Made by a program: the position numbers and the translations under genes | The notes under the pieces: model-generated | What the model was told of the DNA's origin: nothing | Database searches by the model: none | Seen by the model: only the letters and a program-made list of their open reading frames with translations | In this document: positions 51,806-64,000 of the stretch, in pieces | Numbering within the stretch: the first letter of the stretch is position 1 | Layout of the letters: each line of letters opens with the position of its first letter | From: Phoronis australis | Taxonomy: Eukaryota; Animalia; Phoronida | Length of the DNA: 64,000 bases | Assembly: GCA_002633005.1 (NCBI GenBank) | Contig: NMRA01000099.1 | Span: 425,468 to 489,467, forward strand | Direction: 5' to 3'

Positions 51806-52901
51806 GATTAATAATTATGCGGAATGTGGGACAAGCAAATTGCCAGTTTGACATAGTAAATAGTTGAACACGAAGGGATTACTATTGATCCCTGACAAAT
51901 CTCGGTAACAATACCAGTAAGCGTTCAATTACAAAGAATAATTCACAAAGACGAGATGGATTTGCGGCTTTGGTTAATGATATCAAATGGCACTTCCTCA
52001 TTACTTACTGTCAAAGACAAAGGGACGTTGACTCGCTCTCTAGATTTACTGCCAGCCGGCAACTCAACCCTGCTTGGAAGTACCCAACTGTTTTACTTTA
52101 TTATTGCTTAAATGTGCGAAAACGTAAGTCAGGAAACGGGCTTTAACTACGATAACTTACTTTTCAGTGTTTGTTATAAATATGCAAATCATATGTCAAC
52201 TGACCTAGGTCGCGACATTGTTAAAAAACACACGGCTGGCAACGGACGGAACTTCATCATGCCAGGATAGAAAATTTTCATCCCGCGAGATCACGTGCCC
52301 ATTCCCTATCCGACAATGACGTCGGGTGTCTCCAATACTAGGCCACATTGACTGAAGTCGGATGTGTCTAAAAGGCCAAGTGGACACTGCTTTCCGTTGT
52401 AAAGAGTGGAAGAGATAAAAGAAAGTCAACCTCATTCAGTCAGTCAGGATAATATGACTGCCCGGCAGTCATATTATCGTGATTGAGGCATTGTTGAAGG
52501 CTTAGCCCACCACAGACATCTTATACTATAGACCGGCCGCACGCGCTACTGCAGCTGACAACTTGAAGCCATATTGGAGAGTATCTACTAGTCACGTGAC
52601 ACAGCTAATCGCCATGTTAACAAACGGATTGTTCTTTTCAAAGCGCGATATCTAACAAATAAAGAGGCGGAAGAGTGTGATTTTTTCCAGAAACATCATA
52701 AAAAACATGTGATGTCGCACTTACATGCATTTTTAAGAGTCAATCAATCGATAGGGAAAATATAAAACTAATAGATCGCAGGCAGTGGCAGATTGTCGAA
52801 TTGTCCGAGTGGCTGCAGGTGATGTCTATATGGTACTCATTCATCCTAGGCTTTACCGCAAACAGGTGGCATTTTGCACCAATCACGTGGTTTGTCACTT
52901 T

Positions 52902-53504
52902 ACTCGCTGGTTCCCTGCGTGCCGCTAGGTGGGACGGTAGCCGCGCCAGCACGCAGGTATCACTTAATTTTCCTCGGTAATTTTTTTACACCGGTGTTTC
53001 TGATTGGCTAATCGAATTCTCAACAGGCAGCGCTATACGCAAACAAACTGGCATGACTGATGGACTGAAGTGTAAATGTGGTCTGTTGTACAGACAAACC
53101 GGTGCTTCTTAGTAAAATTTATGTTCAGGAAATGTGAAGCCTAGAAATTGTGGCGCCTTTTCGGAATGCATCTCTCTACTGTCGATGACTCAGTTTTGTT
53201 TACGATAGCGTCCTGTATTCATACAGTATAACACATCGGTTAAATCGGCCAGATATGTGTATATTGTACACTGTATGTGCTTCAAGCACGCGGCTATTAA
53301 CATCACTGCAGAAACGAAATAGTTGCTGCGACGCCACTTGCGTCAGTGACAAGGCTAAAAATGATCGTCCACAGTCCGCCATTTTTTCAGGGTGTTGTAA
53401 AGCTAACCAATGACTGCCGAGGTTATATCGACCAATGCTAAAGCGCGTGCCACTGCGTGATACCTGCGTGCTGGCTGGGCTAAGCACGCAGGGAACCAGC
53501 GAGT
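52902..53504. mobile_element. 603-bp TIR element with perfect 8-bp TSD and hairpin-forming ends
   Basis: GTCACTTT|ACTCGCTGGTTCCCTGCGTGC...GCACGCAGGGAACCAGCGAGT|GTCACTTT. Confidence 0.88.
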
Positions 53505-56500
53505 GTCACTTTATCGCTAAGAGGTGTCAGTGCTGTGCGTGACTGTGCGTGAACTTGGAATTGAATATTCGTTTTGGCAATCAGCCTGACGGTTGAATTT
53601 TTTTGTTCAGTGTAAAGAATTTTGTAATTTTTGGCCACACAATCACCCATTTTGACCGTTTCCGTATCTTGTGTCAAAGAAAACAGCAGACTGGTTAAAA
53701 TTTTTGTCATTTTATTATGTGATTTAATTTAGTGCAGTGCAAATTTGTATCAATTTAAACGTGATTACTTGAGTGAACTTGTCAAGTATCTTCGTGTACA
53801 AAAAACTTACAAACTATAGTGAACACTAAGTCTGAAATACTACAATTTACCACACTACGAAAATACGATTCTAATAAACTATTAATGAAAGCTACTGTAA
53901 CAATCTAAAATCGTGCATAGAAAATATAAGTCCTGGATTTTTTTCCTATTTGGGTTTCCATATCTATGCCATAATTTATAAATTCAGCCTGTTATTCAAC
54001 ATTCCAATCACTTTTGAGGCCGCCATTTTGCTAGTCTACGTTAGCACACTCGCAAAACACTTTTCAAACGGTGTAATATTTATTGCAGAAACAAACACAT
54101 TGAATAGCTCGCTAAACAAATCCAGAAACCACAGGGCATAATATCTGGATTGTAGAAATTACATAGTTTATGCAAATAGAATTAAAGTAAAAAATTATAC
54201 GAAGGACTTAGAGAACATAATAAATCGCGAAAAATTCGCAAGATCTTATCACGGTGATCTCGATTTTCTCGAAAGAAACGGATCTGACCTCAACACCACT
54301 GGCGGCAAGAGCATGACCCACATGAAGGCGACATCCCGTTGCTCCCAACTTGTTCGATTCTATAGCCCAACAACAAGTTGGGAAGTTTACCCCCGTAACC
54401 AATATCTTACACGACTGATTAACTCCATTCTGGCATTGATGGTTGGAGGACCTGCGCTCTTTTGTTCGATAATTGCTCTAATCTCCGATCAGATCGTATC
54501 TAGCCTGACTGGGCTTGGCTGATAAAAATGAAAGTTAAGTTATAACATACTTGAGCTTAAACCAATAGCATTTCCGAATTCCTCGTCAAATGCTGATCAT
54601 GTTCCGTTTTCGAATCACCAAAATCGCCCAACTACATGTACAACAGAATTTAAGACAATCTATTCTGTCCAAACGGATTACCAACGCATTGGGTTCGACT
54701 CTGTTCTGAATACCCGTTCGGTAATAGCGTGCAACCACCATACGTTTCCTTTGAAGCCTGGTAGATGATTGGCCTGCTTGTTATCGGGACAAAAGACTGA
54801 GCTGGGCAGTTAACAAAAGAGCCAGATGTTATCGCACGTTCAGCACCCCTCACGTCTGGAAAAGTTACTGAAAGACAGAACGCTGTAATGCAGGCGGAGT
54901 ATGTATGACAGATTCGCCCCATCCAACAGACAGTTATACATTATGAATTTGTCATTAATGACAAACACTGGTGCATTCACGGTGAACGTAATAACTTCAA
55001 CATTCACATTTGCCTCTTGGAAGGCAGCTGAAAATGACCTTGTCTCAGTGCTTTACGCGCGCACGCACACTGCTGCCTACAATACCTATAGTATATATTG
55101 TCTAGTACTTCGTCGTGACCAGATTGCGAAACTAACGTGTGGACCCCAAGTTGAGTGGGACACCACGGCCAGTAGGAATATTCGCTTCCGGCGACGGATC
55201 AAGCAAACCCCTGAACTTGTGCCATGGTACTTGAATGCATGGCGGCATTTAAAATGTCGCAGTTATCAAGTGTCCCACTCAGGAACTCAGCAAAGCACTG
55301 AGGGGTCGGTAACTAACCTGCCCGCCGCATGCGGTTGGCTTTTAGACGTCGTGCGGTTCGTGATTACGTGCAGTTTTCATGGCCCGCGAACAGTTTCCTT
55401 CCATAATTTAAGAGTTTGCGAAATACAGGACAACAACGTCAAGTCATGTGACGTATTATTGATCATTGCCGGAAATCATCACCAGCCTCATTCTTGAGAT
55501 GACTGATTCACGGCAAATTTTTAACACAACACGAGAGTTTCAGTTGAGCAGGATGTCTACTAGTTACCGAGTTTCCACAGAAAATGCCAGTTCGTATTTA
55601 CGAAAATTTGTGTTTCGGGAACTGAAGCAGTCAAATCCTGAATATTTGTCCACCGAGGGCTTGCATTCATTGACGAGCATGCGCTAGGATCGTACAGGAT
55701 ACTGTTGCAATCGCTTACCTAGGAACTTCCAGAACCAATAATACATAGTCACTGGGACATTTTGGGTAATGTCAGGAAGTCTCCTAGCACTAATCACTTA
55801 CAAGGGACCTGCATTTTGAAAAACTAGTTTTTTCCACTGAATAATGATAAAAGTGGTTCTCAAGTCGAAATCTGGGATCCCTGTCGTAAGTAACTATTTC
55901 CACATTTTGTTTAATAAGATTGCAAGGAAAGCTATTGAAAATGTTAATAGAGTCCAGCCTTGCAAAGTTTTTATACACACAGGAAAGGCTTGTTTACGCC
56001 GACCGGACATACTGTTGGCGGGGATTGTCTGGGGAAAACTCCGGTACTACTTAATCGATCTTACCCATCGGTGAACCTGAATTTGTCTCGTTGGAGTGCA
56101 TTGACAAATGCCGCACAATGACACTGCGAGACACGACGTTGAGCCAGTTTTAAGTTGAGCTCGCGTTTTTATATGCAAACTTGCGTCATAGACCATTTGG
56201 CCCCGACCTTCGTCTCAAAGAGGGAAAATTCGCTTGTGGTCAACATTATTTCTCCGGAAATAAATCATTCTTTGTCATCAAAAACCACGAGGAGTTAAAT
56301 TGTCAAACGGTTACATCCCAGGTTTACAGTATATGCAGACATTCTATCCTTTTGAATGACATTACTTTTTTGAGGAGGGAGTGGGGCAATCATTGCACAT
56401 TGGCACGCTGAGTACTGAAGGTGATGTCAAAAAGCCACCTGCAAATGTGACAATTGGGATAGTTTAAGACCACGTTGTTAGGATTAACCAGGTTGCTGTT

Positions 56501-58785
56501 CATACCAAAAGTAGGACTGAATTCACCTTTTAAAGTTTTCGACTCCAGATTGCTGAACACTGGAATTTTCTTTTTGTTAGACCCTAGTTCCTAATCCTCC
56601 GCAAACTGTTGTCCTAACAGCAGTAAACGTTGCAAACCAGTGCAGTAAAGACTCAGACCTTTAAATCGACGACTATTACAATCATGCCCATTCATGAAAC
56701 AGTGTCTGATGCCGAAGCTACATTTCAGTTAGTTCGACTGCCGCTTTGGTTTGTCTCATTGGGACTGTTTTCATCTTTTTCTTGGGGTTCGATAATTTCT
56801 TGCTGAGATGACCTTTCGTTGATTATGATTTCCTCTTTTCGAAAGGAACGACGTGTCGTCAGGTCGCACGTGCTGGCCTCAAAGTTGCTCGTTGCTTCAA
56901 TAACTAAAACAGAGTGTGACGTGAGTAAGGGGATTTTTTAATTAACTTCAGTCTCACAGTGATTGATGAAATCAATAGTTTTACCACAGGCCCTTGAATT
57001 TACCTATTCGTCGTATCCACCACTGGCACTAATAATGACTACAATAAAACATAACTGCGTTACTGTTCAGTGCACAGCAATAATTTCAGAGCAAACTCGA
57101 TGTCAACGGCGAGAAAAGTGATTATCTGAGACACGATTGCAACTAAACGCTCTACTGGCGGAGCTAAATCCCACTTTATCATTGTCAAAGCCTTTTAAAG
57201 CTGCATTCCCCCTATGTAGCTGGCTAAAACGAAAATTGAATCATAGTCAAGTGACCTAATTATCGGACGTTGTGGCATATTTTGCATTATATTTAATTGA
57301 CAATACTACGATTGTTGTAAATTCTTTTATCTAATGTCCGATATTTAGGGTCCGTCCGATAATTAGGTACACTGTGTGTAAGGAACTTTACTCTCATAAA
57401 AACCGGTTTCGTAATATTCTTTACCGTGATAGGATGATACAGCGAATTACATCGAATGAAACATGCAGATATGCATAATAACTTGTAATTAACACACACC
57501 ATAGTCAACTTAATTTGAAAATATCCATGAAAATATGTCGCGGTTCACGCGAGCTTCCTTCACCGGGTGCCATTTTACGTATTCACGCGAAATCACGCCT
57601 GCTGACGAACAAATAGTCAAAAGAACACAAATCTTACAAATTCCATTGGAAATCTTCCTACGCTACTTCGCTCAGACTCGTGCTTGTTGTTGCCTAACTC
57701 GCGTGACGTAATTTGAATTTTCTGTGGTTATCGCGCGCGGTGAAAAAGTTAAAGTGAATTTGGAATTCTTCGCCAAAGTCATCTTAATTCACGTAGACAC
57801 GCTTCATCAAGAATGTGTATAGAACCAGAAAGGGTTGCTGAAGAACGTAATTATCTAAGCACTTTTTAAAGAGACAATTTTAAGTGAAAATGTAGACGAG
57901 GTGAAAACCCCTTAATATTCGGTGACCGTAATTGGGCTACCGGCCGTTTAAAATACACGGGATGATGAAATTAGTACAGAAACTGATGGGGAGTACTGTA
58001 GCCCCTGTATAGCCAGCCGAGGGGCTACATATTGCCTAGGGTAATGCGAAATGTACCGTTTTCGAATTCGCAATTTTGGGGTTTGTCAACCCCAACAAAC
58101 TCTGCCGCGGCTTTTGAGTCGCTGAAGGTTTTGATGTTCTTGTTGCATTCCTTTTACGACAAGCAAGGTTATGAAAACGATTTTATGAAAGGCTGAATTT
58201 GATTTTCGTTCTTCAGGCAGCTAGACAGGTGGAAGTGCTGCTTGAAGCGTATTCTAATTGTTAAAGTCACCGGCCTTGGTTTCAGCGAATGTCTGGCGGA
58301 TAATTAGCGATTAATCGCAAATTCACAAATACGCAGCGGATTTTGCTGATTTATACACGTAGCTCTGGTCGACGTTTCGCGAAGCCCATCCCGTCCAACA
58401 ACAATCCCAAAACTGCATTTTTCGTGCATAAAACCGACAGTGTCTCTTGGATAAAATTCCTGTGAACTGAAAATCAAATTAAGCGAGCTGGTGACTTTGT
58501 TCTGACAAACAGACTCATGCAAAGGCTTGCTACTTACAACATTACTAAAGGGTTACGTAGAGTCTCATGACAAGTTTGTGTATTTAACTAAATGCCTTCA
58601 AAACTCTTAGATAGTAAAAGCAGAAATATATAGCTGAAATCGATTATTGAGTTTATATCAATCTGTCATTATTTGGATCAGGTGGTCGCGTGTTTTAGTA
58701 CAATTTAGCCAATCGAAAGGTACATTCGTGCGAAAACTACGGCATCAAGAATATGGGTAAATTTTTTTTTGATGTAAATCAATGT

Positions 58786-59296
58786 GTTCCATCGAAATTG
58801 GAGCCCCGATGTAAAACGGGTATCCCGGAGTCGAAAACAGGCTCCTGCACATTCAAAACAGCTAAACAGCCAGAAAAACACGAACCAATATCTTTAAAAC
58901 AGGAACCCCGGGGATCGGACACGAAACCCGGTCAATTTTTCAAATTTTCTGAGATGTCACTAGTCTTAAACTTTGAGTTAAAACATCGTCAAGTTCTTTC
59001 CAGTTGTTTTCTGAATTTGTTTGTTGAAAACTGTTAAAGATAAAATGTAATCTATATTATATTGATATTGACTTTGTTATTTGATTTTATCGGTAAATTT
59101 TGTGCAACTTGTCTGTGGGCGAATTCCAACGTAATCTATGCACGTTGTTACCTCGGTGAATATTTAGTTGATTTCAGATTATTGAATAGTTTCTCCAAAA
59201 ATATTTTTTGGCCTGCTTAGCTGTTTGAAGGTGCAGGAATCTGTTTTCTACTCTGTGATATGTGTTTTACATCGGGGTTCCAATTTCGATAGAATA
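58786..59296. mobile_element. Foldback MITE with ~90-bp imperfect inverted arms
   Basis: atcgaaattggagccccgatgtaaaac...ctgcac.ttcaaaacagctaa pairs with ttagctgtttgaa.gtgcag...gttttacatcggggttccaatttcgat. Confidence 0.8.
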
Positions 59297-61496
59297 CCTT
59301 GTAAATATTCAGCAAAAAATCTCAAAAAACGTTGTTACAGTAAATGATCATTTCGTTTCCGTTTTATGCAAATTTTCCTTGAACTTTTCATAGAAGTCCA
59401 ATATTTTTGATAGCCCCTCAAAAGTAGAACATTTTAAAAGTAAATCCTAAAAAGGTTTGGGAGAACAGTGCACCAACCACGGTATCGGAAAGTTTCATGT
59501 GAATACGATCAGCCGTTTCTCAGATAAGACCATGTTCCGAAGTTGGCCAAACGTGGATATTTTTCTAAAGCCCTACTAGTAGACACCTTTATTTCTCTAT
59601 GCCTGCGGTGTCATGTCGATTTACGTAACGATGACACAGAGAGCTGCGTTGTAAGCAGATGACAAAAGCGACTGTGATATTCAAGACGATCATGGCGGTC
59701 GTCATAAGATGACTTACTGTTGATCCGAATGTTGTGCTTGCTGTCCTGGTTGTACGATGACTGTGCGCAGCCCATTAGCAACTCAACACACTAAACGGTG
59801 GCCGTTCAAGTCGCTTCCCGACTAGTCCTTGCGTATGGCATACGTCTGAGCAACGCCAACAAAGCGAAATATATCAATAATAGTCAAGGTGCTATACATA
59901 CACAGAATGACGTAAACTGATCGCTGAGCAAGAGTTAAGTAAATCTGGTAAATGCAACGTAAATGTCAAAGAAAATCTTGTGTGACGCGCGTAATTCTAT
60001 CGTTCACATAAAAGCAAGTTAGATTGCTTCCGTATGTCACACACCAGCGAAACTACTCGCGCGCACTAACACACGGCGATACACTGTATTCTTTTATATC
60101 ATCTAGGAGGCCAATAAAGATTCCTGGGACTTATATAATACCTAATGTTCCTTAATCAAATTTTAAAAGCGATTTCGTCATAAGGTTGCCAAGGCATCAT
60201 TTCTGTTCCAGCAAAATATTTTTTCTTGAGACAGCGAGAGTTCTTAGCCGGTGTAATAAAACCAACGAAATGTCATCACACGATTTTTCATTCGTTAAAA
60301 TTTCTTTACTTTCTAGTTGTGAGTTTGTATCTCAAGCTGACAAACTGGAAAACATGTACCAATTATCAAATTTCTTTGCGCAGTTTTAAACAACTAAACC
60401 ACTTGTGCTCATTTGGACAATTCAGTCTACAGTAGAAGTGGTGAAACAATACGAATCGTACCCTGCACTTTCACACACGCCAGTAGAAACGAATGGTTCA
60501 AGTGGAAGAGTATAGCAGTGGAAATTCGGTTACTCAACTTGTGTGACCACCACTAGGCACTGAAGTGAAGCCACTGCCAATGTCTATCAATGCCCTTTGA
60601 ATGATTGTGGAAAACCCTTAGTCAAACAAGTTCCATCAGGCAATCAATAAAGCTTTTCTTGAGCTTTAATAAAGGATTTTTCGACGAACCTAAGAGAAAA
60701 ACAAGATGCTGTGTACATGATAGAAGTCTAGTCAATGTGTTATTTGTAAGTATTTCAATTTCCTGTTATTTTCGCCAACGATTCATTTATATTTTAGTTT
60801 TTAGACACGACTAGTACGGTTTTTGTAGTGTTTAGGCACAGCGCACAAAGATCGCTACTTTATTATAAGTGAATTATTTTTATGAACCATTTTTATGTTT
60901 ATAATTACACTCTCTAGAGTACTGACTCGGTTACTTGCCTGTCCAGCTCCACTTATAAAGCGTTGGACTGCGTCCACCGAGGTCGTTGGTCCGAATACGC
61001 CTTCGATGTTCTCAAATACACAACATAATCTACCCGATAATGCGTGTCAAAGCTTTATTGGAATATACATAAAATAAAGTTACATGGATTTTTTATGTTT
61101 TTAAACACTGATTTTCATTAGATCTTTTTGTAGATGGCCAATTAAAGACGTATTTGCGGTATCATCTTGGATTGGCAAATGGCTGACCCTTATTATTTGC
61201 AAGACAATGGTGGATTTTCTCAAAAGATGTGGATACCTAAAATACTCTACTTGTAAAATTGCAGCAGAAGACGTTTCAAGCCCCCTTAGTGATGTGCTGA
61301 CACTAAAGATAAACGACCGTTTGGTTGACTTATTCAATATATAGAAAAACCGGAAGGAGCAGAATGACTAAACATTGGTCGATTATCATTTGAGAAGCTT
61401 GTATTGGATGGAATACTAGACTTTTTCATGAAGTTATTAGCTTTCACAAAAGTTATTAAAGCTACGTGATTTTGGGATTTTATAAAAATAGCCAGT

Positions 61497-61740
61497 TAAC
61501 ACCATTTCTAAAATCTACGGGTCCATTTACACCATCTCTAGCCTATTTACGATGGCACGACGTTTCAGTCGGTCATTTCATGAGTTACAGAGTTCTTAGA
61601 AAAACGAGCACGTATGTAGGCCTACAAAACGCTCATGGTGGTCAATGATAAGTACTTTTCTTGGCTCATCCGAAACCGAAACATCGTACCAACGTAAATA
61701 GGCTAGAGTTTGGTGTAAATAGATTTTAGAAATGATGTAA
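61497..61740. mobile_element. Foldback MITE with ~70-bp inverted arms
   Basis: catttctaaaatcta..atttacacca..ctctagcctatttacg pairs with cgtaaataggctagag..tggtgtaaatagattttagaaatg. Confidence 0.8.
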
Positions 61741-62606
61741 CCACATCCGCCACTACCTCAGAGAAGACAAATCGCCAACTCTCGCCGTTGTCTGCCATGT
61801 TATTCGCTGAAACTGTAGCCGGTGACTTTGTAAATATACGCTTGAGGGACACACTCGGAAAGTAAAGTAATTTCTTCAGAATTCGGAATCGAACCCATTA
61901 ACTCGATCAATGAAAACCTATGCGCTGAACCAATACAGTAAAGACTGGCCTTGACTTTAACGAATGTGTCACGGCTTCGCAGACACCGACACGTAAACCG
62001 GCCGACGGCTGTTTTTGTTATTTTCATAGCTCTGGTCAAAGCTTATAGTATAAAGTGTATGCCATTCAACACTAGAATTATCCGAAAACTGGGTTTTCCG
62101 GCCGCAAAAAGACATGTTCCCGGCCGGCACCCAGTCCGGCACTCGTCAGTCTGTCGCTTACGGAGCGTCGTCATCTGATCAGTCTTAGTCGAATCCGTCT
62201 TGGGACTCATCTCAAGTCACTTTAAAATTGCTCAGTCGGGAAATGTGTTTTATTCTAAAAATGGGCTATTCATAAATTTACCTGAATTGCATGGGTGACT
62301 GGAGCATATGGCCCGGCGACTCACAATATATCAATTTGTATCTTCGGACCGTTCTCACAGAGAGCGGCCGGCGACAGAAGTGACCTCCGTCCGAATCCGG
62401 GATTGACAGTCGAGGGGGTAACTTATCGTGTCTTTCAATTAAAAAGCCTCTTGACTGTGAATTAACTTGCTCTGGAGCCTCTGTCTGCAAAACATGCTTT
62501 CTCGGACTTCTTAAAAGTGTGACTAACAAACACGAGCACGTTTTCAAGTGAGTCGTCTAGTAGGCGGCACTGAAACATCTAGTGACAGTCAAAAACATTG
62601 GGCAGA

Positions 62607-62684
62607 ATTTCAGGCCGTTAAGTTGGCATGCGTCTACAGTTGTTCATTTCAGGCCGTTAAGTTGACATGCGTCTACAGTTGTTC
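62607..62684. repeat. 39-bp tandem duplication
   Basis: atttcaggccgttaagttgRcatgcgtctacagttgttc x2. Confidence 0.92.
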
Positions 62685-63808
62685 AAGGATTTAATGGATT
62701 ATTTTGACCGCAAACGAATCTTAAAACAGTTTAAAGCTCACAATTTACATTTTGTTACTTAATCGGATAGCCTCGCATGGTTCTATCCTCCGAGTCCATC
62801 ATCGCGCCGCGGGTCGGTCCCATAGCTGTTGGTAAAATTTTTCATCAGAGCACTGTAGATGGCTCTGAGATAGCACGAAAATCACGTGACAGTTTGTTTT
62901 CGTTCACCCTGGTCATCTCTCGTCACCGCTCCACCAGTTACAGTTTGCAGCGACCAAGATGATCAATCTAAAAGCAGTGGCAAAGTGTTGCAAATTCACT
63001 AATATCGGTAATATCTTTGTTTTCAGCTTGGCTTTTGATACTTAAGGAAGTGAGCCTCACTTGACCCTTGTTGTGTCGGCGGCGTGTCACCGTTTTGTTT
63101 GCCAGTTGGCAGTTTAAAATTTGCAACTTGCTAGGTCATTTTGCCAGTTTTCGATTGCTTTGACCCGGGTAGAGTTCAGCAACGCTACGACCTCGCTAAA
63201 AAGGAAGACTTCGCGAGATTACGTGAAATATTACCGAGTATTTTAAAATAGAGCACGTGATTTTGGCTAGATTTAGTAGCGAGGTCCTTATAAGCGACCT
63301 AGAGTTACGTAACAGTGACCTGGAAAATTTCGCAATCAATGAAAAGGTCAATTGTGATTGAGAGTAAACTACTTTGACACGTTATCAGCCTTCAAGTCTG
63401 TAAGCCAACCCAGCATTGGTTGGAACTTTGGAAGTCTGCCCTGTGAAAGGGCAGAATTAAGTCTAGCCTTGGTACAATGAATATACAGCTTTGCACCGAT
63501 GTGGGTAAAAAAGTGGTAAGATAAAATCTGACACTAAATTAGTGTCGTTAAAATCTACAGTCTTCCTTGAGTAAACAAAATTATTTAACAGTGTTGGAAA
63601 AAATGGCGTTCTACCGTTATTCTGCTGCTAAAGTTATTGTGGATCGATCTTTAGAGACGGCTTTCGGCACCATGAAATATTGCGTCACCTATTGGCTGCA
63701 ATTTCTTTTTTCGCCGAGGATTCTTCAATCAACTGCTGTTCTTTCACGAGCTTGCGTAGGCAATGACCATCGCCTGTGTTGGCCCGAACCAGAGGCGATG
63801 CAGAGGCT

Positions 63809-63965
63809 ATAGGCGCTCTGTACGCCGCAAGCTTTTCGGCGAATTGTGCCTCGCACCGACTAAACCATCAAAGTCACGTTGTTATAAATACCTTTTGCGC
63901 ATAGAGGAACACCTTAGGAGGTTGTCGATGTGTTTAAGTCCTTCCAACTCGAACAAATACTCCCG
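63809..63965 (+). mobile_element. Second copy of the SINE-like family seen at 35598-35742
   Basis: Colinear shared blocks; retains more CpG than the intronic copy. Confidence 0.65.
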
Positions 63966-64000
63966 TTATGAAACTTTTTCTTCGAGCAGTCCCTATTTCA

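Noticed and set aside
54901-55497. 198-aa ORF as a real gene
   Set aside because: No recognisable domain or splice context; kept only as part of an unexplained block.
57243-57376. RSS/Transib-like CACAGTG end
   Set aside because: Only one end has the heptamer and no nonamer or TSD is evident; probably a small decayed MITE (cctaattatcggac inverted repeats).
61265-61300. Hammerhead ribozyme on the minus strand (GAAACGTC); similar candidate near 47468-47500
   Set aside because: No CTGANGA box with a matching stem II at 61265; the 47468 site lacks GAAA.

Overview
AT-rich eukaryotic (invertebrate animal-like) genomic DNA. The left 36.5 kb holds the first nine coding exons of a minus-strand SGSM1/2-family gene (RUN-domain Rab regulator), reconstructed by hand with GT-AG boundaries and consistent phases; the gene continues off the left edge. 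Its introns and the 27 kb upstream are mostly transposon relics: a CR1/L2-group LINE split by nested insertions, Penelope-like fragments, several TIR elements with 5-bp or 8-bp target-site duplications, MITEs, tRNA-like SINE heads and mini/microsatellites. The most notable observations are (1) a young 450-bp higher-order tandem array in intron 5 whose ~150-bp monomers each carry a co-oriented CTCF-consensus-like motif, nested inside a 4.1-kb TIR element; (2) a 128-bp spacerless Penelope palindrome with a decayed hammerhead ribozyme; and (3) CpG decay in intragenic but not intergenic copies of the same repeats. Family names come from recalled motifs; no database search was run.
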